Source: Felis catus (Eukaryota). From it: a stretch of DNA of 64,000 nt. The position numbers were made by a program, and so were the translations under genes. The first letter of the stretch is position 1. Every line of letters starts with the position of its first letter. The notes beneath the pieces are model-generated. The model was not told the DNA's origin. It did no database searches and saw only the letters and a program-made list of their open reading frames with translations. Of the stretch, positions 38,030 through 50,604 are shown one piece after another. The stretch covers positions 57,662,001 through 57,726,000 of the forward strand of contig NC_058368.1 in NCBI RefSeq assembly GCF_018350175.1. The letters are read 5' to 3'.

Positions 38030-40348
38030 GAACTACCGAAGAAAATACACATCAAAGTTAAATAGGCAAAGTAATAGACAAGGAAGTTTGAAGTCTACTT
38101 TATTGAAACAAATGGCCAGAGGGTTTTCTTTTATTCTTTTCTTTTCTTTTCTTGTTTTTTTTTGTTTTTTTTTTTTTTGTTGTTGTTGTTTTGTTTTTAA
38201 GTCTTGGGGTAAGCTATGGGAATGTACTGCAGGACATTAGTAGTGTGATTAGGCCACCTGTGTTTGCTAATTGGTACTTATTGATGTTAGACTCTTACCC
38301 TCCTACAGACTGGGAGATAGAAATCTCCTTTGATGATAATTCAAAGGATGTCTCCCAGGTCTTGAAGACCTCATTCCTGGATCTGGTAAGAAGCTGTAAG
38401 ATCTATATATATTTTAAGGGTTAGAGAAAGAGTTGACAACTATAAGTTTTCATCAGTAAGTGCTCTACGAAAAAGATGATCAGGACCTAGAGTCAGAAAG
38501 ATATGTACCTAAAGTTTAGTCAAGCCTAGGGAAATGCCAAGGCTGTTTTGATCAGTTAATCCTAATCATGGCATCAAAAGTATGCATGTCATAAACCACC
38601 ATTAACTGAAGTAAATATAATTGATTACAAGCACAAAAAAAATCACTCATATTGAATATCTTTCTTTTTTCTAATTGTATATCATCATAATTACTGAAAA
38701 TAAATTATCAAATGAAAGAACTAGTTTCAAACCATCAAGAACCCAGAAAACAGATTCAGATTCTAGAGGGGAATCAATATAGCAAAAGGTCACACGATAA
38801 AAAAAATACAGAAAAGGAATAAGGCTTTAAATAAAGGTCAAAGAGAAAAGAAATAGGAGAGTACCATTATTCAGGCTCACAACAAATAGGCAACCAGAAC
38901 CAAACAAAACAAAGCAGCAAAGATAATACCTGAGGGGCTTAAACTTTTGCACGGGCTTAGTAAAGTTCAGCCAACTGCTTAAACAAGACTCGGTTCATGC
39001 CTACACCCCAGGCTTCCTGTGGACCTAAGTATGTGTACCAAAAATGCTAAGTTGTTCCAATTTAACTATTTTAAACATTTTTATGAAAATTATCTTATGA
39101 ATGAATATGGTATTCTGCCTAATCAGTGAGATCTTATTTTTTTAATACTGTATTAAACTACCAAGTTTTTCACTAGATCACATTTGTAAACCAAATGATT
39201 TTATAACTCATTAAGTACCTTGTATTAAACAAGTTCTTGTATTTATGTATATTAATACCACACATTATATTTCCTAGAGAAAAACACAATGCATGTCATT
39301 GTTACTCATGATAGTTGATTTGTCAATTAGCAATTATACTTTTCTCTAAAAGATCTTTATATATACACATTATATATACTTAATTGATTAGCATTTTTAT
39401 AGCCAAATAAATTTAAAGGACTAGAAAATATGATGAGACAAGGAATCTGATAATGCAGCATGCATGCTGAAGTTTATTTGAATCTAAAGTTGATAAATTA
39501 TTTCTAGGCCATGAAAGTTTTTCATATCAAGAAAAGATGTCATCTATTATGTATAAATAATGAGTACAGCTCGTCTTGCCTTTGATTTATTTTTGAAAAT
39601 CTTAGAGAAATGCCCATAATATGCTGAAACACAACCACAAAATACTTCAGAAACTGAAAAAGCAAAATTGAAAATTTAGTTATTAGGTATTTGTTATGCT
39701 GCATACAATGTATCAAATATTTCTAATTATATTTTTAAATACATGTTTCTAAAATATTCCTTTTTTGAGCATACATTAAAACCTGAAAAGAACTGACAAC
39801 TACATTAGTATAAAAACTAAGCACTAAAACATCATATGTAGGAGAAATGTGCAATTATTAGATCAATATAAATGGTGGAGAGTGCCAGATTGAATAGAGT
39901 AAGCTATAGGATTTCTTATGAGAGTATTTGATATTATCTGTGCTGCAATTCCAAATTTCCTTTTCTCATAGCCTAAAAACAGAGAACATTCAGAGGCTTC
40001 TCTGAAGGACAAGAGAGTGTATCTTTAAAGATTTTTTTTTTTTTACTCCTACTTAGAAATTTGCTGTGATCTATACTGCCAGGGGCTATTTGTCCATACT
40101 GCCTTTACTGTTGTTTGCTACACACATAGATAACTCATCTTTCTGTGTTACCGGTCCAAATTAATTTTTGATATGGGTACTTGTTTCAGTTGGAGATCTA
40201 ACTTGTTTCTTTGACATCTTTTCCAAAATTGTCCACAACACCACTACCAACACCAATATGTTAACAGTCTATGTATTTGGCAACTGAGTGCATTACAAAG
40301 TTGAAAACAAATTAGCATGTTGGGTTACATCCATGATTGGTTATCTTT

Positions 40349-40574
40349 TTTTTAATTTTTTAATGTTTATTTATTTTTGAGAGAGAGAGAGAGAGAGAGA
40401 GAGCGCAAAGCGGGGGAGGGGCAGTGAGAGATGGGGAGACACAGAATCCGAAGCATGTTCCAGGCTCTGAGCTGTCAGCACAGAGCCCAATGAGGGGCTC
40501 AAACTCACGAATCAGGAGATCATGACCTGAGGTGAAGTTGGGCGCTTAAGTAACCGAACTACCCAGTTGCCCCC
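40349..40574 (-). mobile_element. CAN-SINE (felid-type)
   Basis: ccaggctctgagctgtcagcacagagccc; TSD gattggttatcttt / gattggtatcttt. Confidence 0.95.
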
Positions 40575-41512
40575 TGACGATTGGTATCTTTAATGCTTTG
40601 TTTCTGATAGTTAAATTAGAAATTAATTTTTGTAAAATTATTTTCCCACGGAGTCTCCCCAGGATGGCTGACTCTTTCACTGAACATTGCCACATCCTGT
40701 GAAGACTGGTTTCATTTGCGATGTGCAGTATCAAAATTGTGTGGAAGCCGTTAAGGGCCCAAAGTTGTTCTGTGTTCTATGGAAACCAGCACAGGAAGAA
40801 TAATCCCTTTGTAGTTATAATCCCTTAGAGGATAATCAGAGCAGTAATACGTTAAGAAGATTTTATTGAAAAAAATATTTAACCAGAGTTTCCTTATTCA
40901 CTGGGTCACAGATGTAAATCTACTAAAGCTCAAGCCATGGATAAATGCAAGTTATAGACCATCACTTCTAAAAATTACACTGTCAATCCTCCTATAGTTT
41001 AGCTATTATTTGTTTTTATCCGCTTCTATGATTCTTAGAATATATTCTCTGTAAGTAAGGTACCTAGTTTTTCATGCAAATCGATGCACATCACGAAGCC
41101 ATCAGAGAGATTCACACACAGCTCCAGTTTTTCCTGTAGACCAAATTTAGACTCTAGCTGAAAGACCCCTACTGAAATTTTTAAAAATTTTTACACAGGT
41201 TAACTTCTGATTAAAATGGCCCATCTTGTAGAATAGCACTTAGAATTCCTATGTTTAAATATGGGTAGTAAACTTTTGTCTTTTCTCATTAACTTTCTTC
41301 CCATATACCGACTGTGGATGTAACCAGCACCTTTTAGCCTCCCACTGCCCCACAAGTGAAAGAACTTATTCTGTATTATTCATATTTTCATTTTAAAGCT
41401 ATATGTAAATTATAACTCACTTGGGTAGGGCATAAATGGAATTAGCTCTTGGTGAAATTATTTCCTCTGCTCTGCGCTGAGCACTATGCAAATATGAACT
41501 TCTTTGCCTCTT

Positions 41513-41710
41513 TTTTTTTTAAGTTTGTTTGTTTGTTTCTTTGGTTTGAGGGGGTAGGCAGGGAGAGAGGGAGAGAGAGAGAACCCAAAGCAGACTCCTC
41601 ACTGTCAATGCAGAGGCCCATGTGGGACTCGAACTCACAAACTTCGAGATCATGACCTGAGCCAAACTCAAGAGTCAGATGCTTAACTGACTGAGCCACA
41701 CAGGTGCCCC
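41513..41710 (-). mobile_element. CAN-SINE with 18-bp TSD
   Basis: tgaacttctttgcctctt (41495-41512) / tgaacttctttgcttctt (41711-41728). Confidence 0.96.
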
Positions 41711-41729
41711 TGAACTTCTTTGCTTCTTA

Positions 41730-41840
41730 TGTAAATTGAACGTGGGACTCACTGATGGCTGCCTAATAATATGTGGCAGAACTGTGGTTGAATCCAGGCA
41801 GTGTGGTTCTAGAGACCTCTTTACCATTGCACTATGCTAC
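41730..41840 (-). mobile_element. MIR fragment
   Basis: gtggcagaactgtggttgaatccaggcagtgtggttctagagacctc..cactatgct. Confidence 0.7.
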
Positions 41841-44263
41841 TTTGTTCTTCCTTTCAGCTAGCATAGAAATTAAGAACTTCCTTGAAGTATTGACATAAGG
41901 TGTCTTCTTTTCCTCTGCATACTATTAGATCCTCCATTCACGAAAAGGGTAATTTATTTTATTAATATGGAACAAAAGTGGATATGTGTTACTCTCCCCT
42001 TATCATACTACTTATGATATGGTAACCATAGAGGTTACCAGTATATTTAGTTTGCTCTTTGATCTGGCCTACTTTGCAGATCCAGATGATCTGTGCAAGA
42101 CCTCATTCTCCTCAAGATGGGCCATAATGTCCAGACCTAAAGGTTGAAGTGGCTTCAAGTTCAAGTCTCATTCTCTAACTCAGCCTCAAATAAATCTGAC
42201 ATTTGTCACCAGTTCAAAGTTGTGCCCATTTTTCAGTTGGTTCAAAACCAAGTTTTGACTATGGTGTGATTAATTTCTGCCATTATTCAACTATACTAAC
42301 ATCTACTGAAAGCTTACTATGGATCTCTCAAGCATGTTTTACCATAACTTACATATACCAGCAGTACAATGCAGGTGGTAGTATATCTATTTTTCTTATG
42401 AGAAAACTTAATTTCTGATCATTTACATATCTCAAGAAAGTTATTTAACATACTACATTTAGTGAGTAATAGAGTAATATTCTTTTCATAGTCTCAAACT
42501 CTTCATGTTCTGTTTGAATCTAAGTAATAAATATCTGAGACCTATAAGAAGCTCTGTGGAGTGTTTGATATACCACCTTTAAAATCAGAAGCTTCTATAA
42601 AAATTGTACTGTTGATATCTGCCTTCATTTCATCCTTATCTTCCAAAGTGCAATATGTGAGGAAATCTCCAAGGACTATATCCTTGGAAAATACTGCCTT
42701 AGCTGGGGGGAAATCAGATTAAATAAAGATAATGTAGAAAAGTTTTAATCAATGAAATAGAATAATTTAATCCTCTATTTTCCTGCTGGTTTAAGCTACT
42801 GAAGTAATTTTGCCAATGGTACCTTCCTTTGAGTAATATGCATTATAGTAACAGAATTGTAATTAACCAACAATAGCAGAAGATAAAATATAGAAAGTTT
42901 AGCACATATGTGTGTATATATATGCATACGCACATACAGTGTTAAAACTGATTTTTAACAGTTTTCATTTCTAGAGTGCTTTAGTTTTTTATATTATTTC
43001 GGATCAATAGTACATTTTTGCATGTGAATGTTCTAACACATTTTAAATTTTAAATATCCAGGGTCTGTGGTCATATAATCTATACTACTCATGGAAATTG
43101 TTTTTAAGTAAGAAGATATTTCTTAAAAAAACCTTTACAGTAAAAAGCTAAAGGCTTTCCATCTAAGATTAGGAAAAAGACAAGAACGCCCACTCTCACT
43201 ACTATTATTCAACACAATATTAGATGCTCTAGCTAGAGCATTTAGGTCAGACAAGGAAATAAAAGGCATACAAATTGGAAAGGAAAATGTAATACTATTT
43301 GCAAATGGCATGATACTATACATAGGAAACACTAAACACTACACCAAAAAGCTGTTAGAATAAAAGAACTCCATAAAGTTAAATGATAGGAAAATCAATA
43401 TACAAAAATTGCCTGAGTTTCTACAGACTAATAACAAACTATCAGAAAGAAATTAAGAAGATAATCCATTTACAACTGTATCAAAAAGAAAAAAAAAATA
43501 CCTAGGAATAAATTTAAACATGATGGTGAAAGACCTATATAGTGAAAACTATATGACATTAATGAAAAAAAAGAGAAGATCTATACTCATGTACTACAAG
43601 AATTAATATTCTTAAAATGTCCATAGTACCCAAAACAATTTATAGATTCAATGCAATTACTATCAAAATTCCAATGGCATTTTTCACAAAAACAGAAAAA
43701 TCCTAATGTTTCTATAGAACCAGAAAAAAAAAATCCCTAATAGCCAATGTGATCTTGAGGGAAAGAATGAATAAACCTGGAAGCATTATATGCCATGATA
43801 TCAAATTATATTACGAAGCCATACTAATCAAAACAGTGTGGCTTTGCCATAAAAACAGACACACAGATTGATGAAACAGAGTGTCCCAAAATAAATTCAT
43901 GCATATATGGTCAATTAGTTTATGACAAAGAAGCCAAGAATATAACATGGGGGAAAAAAGAGTCTATTTAGTAAATAGTATTGAGAAAACTGGACAGCCA
44001 CATGCAAAAGAAGCAAACTTTACCATCTTACACCATACACAAAAAATAACTAAAAATGAATTAAAGACTTGAACATAAAGACTTGAAACCATAAAATTCC
44101 TGCAAGAAAACATAGGTGGTAATGTCCTTGACATAATGTCTTGGTGATGATTTTCTGAATTTGACACCAGAAGCCGAAACAAGAGCAAAAATAAACAAGT
44201 GGGACTACATCAAAGTAAAAAGCTTCTACACAGTGAAGAAAACCATCAACAAAATGAAAATGC

Positions 44264-44370
44264 AGGGTGCCTGGTTGGCTCAGTCAGTAGAGCATGCAAC
44301 TCTTCATCTTGAGGTTGTAAGTTCAAGCCCTACACTGGGTGTAGAGATTACTTAAAAATAAAATCTTTAA
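44264..44370 (+). mobile_element. Short tRNA-Lys-derived CAN-SINE (no CT tract)
   Basis: gggtgcctggttggctcagtcagtagagcatgcaactctt..gttcaagccctacactgggtgtagagattacttaaaaataaaatcttt. Confidence 0.92.
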
Positions 44371-44605
44371 GGGGCGCCTGGGTGGCGCAGTCGGTTAAGC
44401 GTCCGACTTCAGCCAGGTCACGATCTCGCGGTCCGTGAGTTCGAGCCCCACATCAGGCTCTGGGCTGATGGCTCGGAGCCTGGAGCCTGTTTCCGATTCT
44501 GTGTCTCCCTCTCTCTCTGCCCCTCCCCCGTTCATGCTCTGTCTCTCTCTGTCCCAAAAATAAATAAAAACGTTGAAAAAAAAATTTTAAAAAAAATAAA
44601 AAAAT
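44371..44605 (+). mobile_element. Very young SINEC_Fc-type SINE, CpGs largely intact, 16-bp TSD
   Basis: ggggcgcctgggtggcgcagtcggttaagcgtccgacttcagccaggtcacgatctcgcggtccgtgagttcg; TSD aaaataaaatctttaa at 44355-44370 and 44606-44621. Confidence 0.98.
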
Positions 44606-44636
44606 AAAATAAAATCTTTAAAAAAATATAAAGACA

Positions 44637-44768
44637 GGGAAGCCTGGGTGGCTCAGTTGTTTGAGCGTCCGACTTCAGCTCAGGTCATGATCTCATGGTT
44701 CGTGGGTTCAAGCCCTGCGTGGGGCTCTGTGTTAACAGCTCAGAGCCTGGAGCCTGCTTCGGACTCTG

Positions 44769-44835
<67 letters not shown>

Positions 44836-44891
44836 GCACCTCCCTCTCTCTCTCTCTCTCTCAGAAATTAATACACATTAAGTTTTTTTTT
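44637..44891 (+). mobile_element. CAN-SINE (felid-type)
   Basis: gcctgggtggctcagttgtttgagcgtccgacttcagctcagg; duplicated gcacctcc(ct)n block in the CT tract. Confidence 0.96.
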
Positions 44892-45503
44892 AATGTAAAG
44901 GCAAACTTTTGAATAGGAGAAAATATTTTAAAATCATATACTTGATGAGGGGTTAATATCCAAAATGTATAAATATCTAAAACTCCAAAATATGTTTTAA
45001 AAACGTCATAAAACTCAATAACAAAAAAAGAAAAGAAAGAAAATCAGATTTAAAAAATGGCACAGGATCAATAGACATATTTCCAAAGAATACATACAGA
45101 TAGCCGACAGGTACATGAAAAGATTCTCAACATTACTAACCAGAAAACAACGCAAATTGAAACCTTGAGATATTATCTCACACCTTTTGGAATGACTACT
45201 ATTAAAAAGACAAGAGATAAGTGTTGGTGAGGATGTAGAGAAAAGGAAACCCTTGGGTTTGTAGAAATGTAAATTGGAGCAATCACTTTGGAAAATAATT
45301 TGAAATATCCTCAAAAAAATTAGAAACAGAACTACCATATGATTCAGCAATTCCACATTTGGGTTTTTATCTGAAAGAAATAAAATTACTAATTTGAAAA
45401 GAAATACACATCCCCCATGTTGATTGCCACATTATTTACAATACCCAAGATAGAGAAACAATTTAAGTGTCCATCAATGGATGAATGAATAAAGAAAATG
45501 CAG

Positions 45504-45609
45504 TATATATACACATATATAATATGTATATATATATACACATATATATTATATATATACACATATATATTATATATATACACATATATATTATATATAT
45601 ATACACATA

Positions 45610-45658
<49 letters not shown>
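45504..45658. repeat. (TA)n/TATATATACACATATATAT compound repeat within L1
   Basis: Directly visible. Confidence 0.95.
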
Positions 45659-45660
<2 letters not shown>

Positions 45661-46761
45661 AGCCATAATAAAAAGAAAGAAATGCCCACAATATTCCATT
45701 TGTGACAACATGGATGGACCTTGAAGTCATTTTGCTATGTCAGAGAAAGACAAATACTTTATGATCCCACTTATATGAAATATAAAAAGATAAAACAAAA
45801 GCAAGCAACAACAACAAGCTCTTAGCTACACAGAATAGATTGGTGATTGCCAGAGGCAAGGGTGGGAGAAATGGATGAAGGAGTCGAAGGGTACAAACTC
45901 CCAGTTATAAATAAGCAAGTCATGGGAATGTAATATACAAGATGGTGTCTATAGTTAATAATATTTTATCGTATATTTGAATGTTGCGAAGAGAGTAAAT
46001 CTTAAAAGTTCTCATCACAATAAGAATAACTATGTAAGGTGATGAATATTAACTAAACTTACTGAGATCATTTCACAAAGTATACAATATCAAATCATTA
46101 TTTTGTATACCTGAAACTAATATGTTAAATGTAAATTATACCTCAATTAAAATAAACTTTATCAGAGAAATTCCATGATATTAAATTCCAGTTAGGAGTA
46201 ATGTCCTAAAGCCCAACTAAACTCCACTCTGAAGAGCTTATGCTCTTCCTCAAAGATTCATATCAGATTTGGAGAAGCATATTCATTCACTTCTCCTGTT
46301 GAATAAACTAAGGCATTGGTTGTTGAGCCACATAAATAAAGGTTTGATTCTGACTCTACTACTGAGCACCAAGGTGGCTCTGAATATTTAAAACAAACTT
46401 TTAAATTCTGCTATTTTCACTAATATTGAGATAAAGATTCCTGGATATATTCTAATTATTAAGTTAAACAGACATAAAATAGGTATATTTGGGGTACTTA
46501 CAAGTGTTACTTGTACATATTTAATTTTTCATTGTATAAAATGATTGGGATTACATAGTTTTTAAACTACAAAAATTGGGATGCTTTCCCTATACAACCA
46601 ATGAACATATACATTTGAACTGAGTCCCAGACTTCTGTGAATGGACACAGAATGCTCACTTTGAAACATGGTTAAAGAAATGGCAGTTATCTGTTACTAG
46701 CACAACTTTCCCAACAGTTGTCACATTGTACCAAGTTACTTTGTTTAAAGTACAGTTTGGA

Positions 46762-46975
46762 GAGGCGCCTGAGTGGCTCAGTCAGTTAAGCATACCACTT
46801 CAGCTCAGGTCATGATCTTACGGTTCATAAGTTTGAGCCCCACATCAGGCTCTGTGTTGACAGCTCAGAGCCTGGAGCCTGCTTCAGATTCTGTGTCTTC
46901 CCCCTCTCCCTGCCTCTCCCTTGCTCACAATCTTGTCTCTTTCTCTCTCTCAACATTACCAAATTAAAAAATAAT
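46762..46975 (+). mobile_element. CAN-SINE (felid-type)
   Basis: gaggcgcctgagtggctcagtcagttaagc; degenerate TSD taaagtacagtttg / taaaatccactttg. Confidence 0.95.
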
Positions 46976-49149
46976 AAAATCCACTTTGAAAAAATGATTT
47001 CCATGGCGAATCAATGGCATAGTGACTATCTCCTAATTCCTAAATTTGGGTTCTACCATTGTCAACTCTCACACTAGATATGCTCCATCTCAGTAATATA
47101 AGAAAACAGCTGTTAGAGTACACCTAAATATGCTCTTAGAATATAAAACCATTGTTTTTCATTTTTATCTCCATTAGAATGCAGTGTTTAAGAATATGGT
47201 GCTTGAGATCAAATATCCTGGGCATGTAGTACTTAAATGCTTTGTATGCCTTCAGTTTTGGAGAACTAAATTGACACATTTTATATTGAAAGACAAGGTG
47301 GTGACACCTACCTGAATATGTAATTTGAGGACACCTTGGAAATCAAATTCTGATTGAATGAATAGAGAATAAATGAATGTATTTCACGAGTAACTCTGAA
47401 ACAACTGTTTTTTTATGGTTTTTCAGGCTTAGCTTTGAGCAGAGTCATAAGGTAATTGTGTAGGCATTTATGTAATTTGACAGAACTTTCCACCTCATAT
47501 AGTGATATATGGAGATGACAACAGTATTGCAGAGAAATGTCTTTATGTTTCTAACCCCTAATAAACCGTTCAATATATCCCCCCCATTGTTCACTTTCAA
47601 TATTAGTTTTCTTTTAATATCACAGTAGTTGCTAGTTCAATTACAAAAGTTCCTTTTTAATATAGCAAATATGTTTTATTTCCCTAGATATCCTACTATA
47701 GAGGCATAAATAATTTCAGCATTAATACAAAACATTTATTGAGCCTCACTATGGGCAATGCTTATATGTGACAGGTGCTTAACAGTGATGGATTTGATCC
47801 CACAGGAAGTTAATTAAGTTATTCAGGCACTGGGTTTCTATTTGGAAAGTTTCCCTAAAAGCTCTCTTGTAATAGCTAATTGTGCTTCTATTTTATATTA
47901 CTTGACAGCCATGGCTGATGTTTATTCTGCACCTGGTTTCCCACCACATGTATCACAATAATAATTCTTGTGACTTATAGCAAATATATCTTTATAATTG
48001 CTAGTAGGAGAAGACAGCATTCTTATGAGGAGAGAAATCCAATGTTTTTCATAGAAATAAATTCAAGTTATTTCTACATTAATAGTTAGGGAAGTAGAGT
48101 TAGATGCCATAGATTTATCTAACAATTTGGGATTACAAAGTAAATTTAAATTCTTCAGCAGACCCAATGTGATACTAAAAAAAATAAATACAACTTTTCC
48201 CCTAGCTAACAAGGAAGCTCACAGGGACTTGAATATTTCAAAGCCCAATTTTTTTTAATTCTAACTTATTTTTGACTAAAATAAAATCTCTTATTCTATT
48301 GTACACTGGTGGCATTTCACTTGGATGTCACATAAATAGAGTAGAAAGCACTGAGACAAATTTCTAGGAAAATAGATACTTGGAAAAATAAACAGAATTC
48401 TTCAATCAGTAACTATGCCAGCTGCAATACTAAATATTCACTTAGTACAGACACTCAACTTCATGAGTCAACTACAGAATGTTAAGTTCTGTACAGCTGT
48501 TTCCCCACTCTCCCCCTTCAGAAAAGAATATTGGACTGTTTCACATTATTTTTGTTTAAATTTAAAACCTGTATGACACAGCATGGAGTTTTACTTTATG
48601 TTGTTTCATTTAATGTTCACATCTCATTAGAATGTTTTAGTATTTCTATTATTTTACTGTGAATTGAGTATAAAATGAGAAAAAATTCTTCCATGTAATA
48701 AATTTTAGCATATGCTATTATTACAGTAATTATTTTGCCATAATAAAAATACTAAGTTTCATTTTATATAATTCTAACCACAGTTCTGAGGAGCCCTTAC
48801 TTTCCACAACTTTTAACTTAAAGGCAGCATTCTAATCCAATGTAGTAAATCTATATCATTCTTTCAATATGATCTTATTTTACTCTTGATATCTTTTAGT
48901 TATCTTCATTATCCTACTTCTTGAATCATGGAATTAAGAGTTGGAACTCTAGTGAAGTAACTTTTGCACAATTTTTTCCATATGGAATGGTGACATTGTT
49001 TATCACTATTAGGGATTTTTCACTATAATCAGATTGAATCTCTCCATCCACATTTACCTAGGTTTCTTTATAGTTTCTAACCTAGAAGTATATGAACTGG
49101 CAATTTTGATGGAGAAGCATCCCTTCAGTAGAATTGGACTTTTCACCTT

Positions 49150-50240
49150 TTCTGTCTATACCTTTTTCCTTGGTAACCTCATTCCATCTTCTGGAATTAA
49201 ATGCTGAAATTAACCCATGTGCTGACAACATTTAAATTTGTATCATTATTCCAGGTCTTCCTCCCCAAACCCAGACTTAAGCTGGAGCTGCATACTCATT
49301 ATTCTCTACTCACATGAGACTGGACATCTCAAACTCTGTGTGCCCAATCTGAACCTGCTTTTCTTGCCAAACCTCCTCCACTTCTAATCTGTCTCATTTC
49401 AAGCAACGGCAATACTTCAGGTTGCTTATGCTGAAATTGGCACCATCTGTAACTCCACTCTCTGTCACACACTGCACATTTCATCTCAGTAAAACCAAAT
49501 CTCTGTAACCAGGAACTGATCAGTTTAGCACTACTACCACCAAATTTTACATATGGATTAGTGGAAGAAACTTCAAAGAGTTTTCCCTACTTCTATCATT
49601 GCCCCTTCTAATCTTTATTAGCCATTCAAAAGACCTACTGAAATGAAAGCCATGGCATAACTCCTTTGCTGAAAATCCAGAAGTGGCTCCTCATTTAATT
49701 TAGTTATACGGCCTATACGTCTCTTCATAACAAGATGCCTATTCTGTTACCACTCATCCCATCCTCCTCACAGGGATGCAAACATAGACTTCCTGGATTC
49801 TCCCGGAACATGCTTGGTTTTATGCCTGCCTGCCTTAGGGGCTTTGCCCTATCTATTCCCTTCCATGGATCACTCTTTCTCCAGATCTGAATACCGATGA
49901 CAGCCCCATCTCAATCTTTGCACATACGTCATTTTCTCCGTGAGGCCTACCCTATATATCCTATTTCATAAAGCAATATTCACACCTCCCTTCAGTCATG
50001 TGCCTTCCCTCTTAACTCATTACATACCCATGATCCTTACCTGGCTTTTTGACAGAACTTACCACCTTCTGATACGTTATACCTATTTTATTTTCTTATT
50101 TCTATCTGCATTGCAATCAAAGCTGTTGAAGTTCAATAACAACAGATACATTAGGTATCATCTTTGGTTTGTTTTCTAACGTAGCCAAGCACCTTGTCAA
50201 GTACTTGGTAGCTTGCAGGTACAAAGTAAATATATATTGT
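49150..50240 (+). mobile_element. LINE-2 3' region
   Basis: ccatgtgctgacaacatttaaatttgtatc..ggacatctcaaactctgtgtgcccaatctgaacc..ctccgtgaggcctaccc..aagtaaatatatattg. Confidence 0.8.
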
Positions 50241-50529
50241 GTGTGTGTGTGTGTGTGTGTAGTGAATAGGTTTTTTCAAGACATACAGCCTGAGTTCAGC
50301 CTGTAGCTAAATATTACACTCCATTTTTTCATGATATTAAATTGCTATTTGTAACTCCCAATTTGTACAAAAATCGAGAATACTTTAGATATTCTGAAAA
50401 TTCAAGTCTTATGTAATCTTACTACCTCATTCATATTATTTTTTTTAATTCCCTTTCAACAAAAGTGAACACTTATTATTTCCTTTTCATTGCAGTCATA
50501 GTCAAAGTTTATTCATGCCATAATCTTTC

Positions 50530-50604
50530 TTTTGTTTTAATCTTTATTTAAATTCCTGTTAGTTAACATACAGTGTAATAGCAGTTTCAGGTGTACAATA
50601 TAGT
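50530..50604 (-). mobile_element. Short carnivore L1 3' end
   Basis: tttatttaaattcctgttagttaacatacagtgtaatagcagtttcaggtgtacaatatagt. Confidence 0.8.

Larger units (their letters stand above)
34334..38554 (-). mobile_element. Degenerate ERV1-like (MER4-group; MER31/MER67-like LTR) provirus: 5' LTR ~38034-38554, partial 3' LTR ~34334-34600, non-coding internal region
   Basis: Homologous terminal blocks (ctgtgtttactaattggtacttatt at ~34530; ctgtgtttgctaattggtacttatt at ~38258). Minus-strand LTR begins TGATCAAAACAGCCTT..GCTTGACTAAACTTTAG. A PBS lies next to the 5' LTR. Confidence 0.85.
43141..46153 (+). mobile_element. 5'-truncated L1 (RT region to 3' UTR; older L1MA/carnivore type) interrupted by three SINEs and a TA repeat
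   Basis: aagctaaaggctttccatctaagattaggaaaaagacaag..; [13 protein letters not shown]; 3' end aattatacctcaattaaaat; degenerate TSD aaacctttacag / aaactttatcag. Confidence 0.96.

Noticed and set aside
44264..44342. tRNA-Lys gene
   Set aside because: It has the CAN-SINE 5' leader and the gtagagattacttaaaaataaaatcttt tail, with degraded stems; it is a SINE.
47401..47457. 25-nt micro-exon candidate (tttcag | 47427-47451 | gtaatt)
   Set aside because: Not frame-preserving and unsupported; expected by chance.
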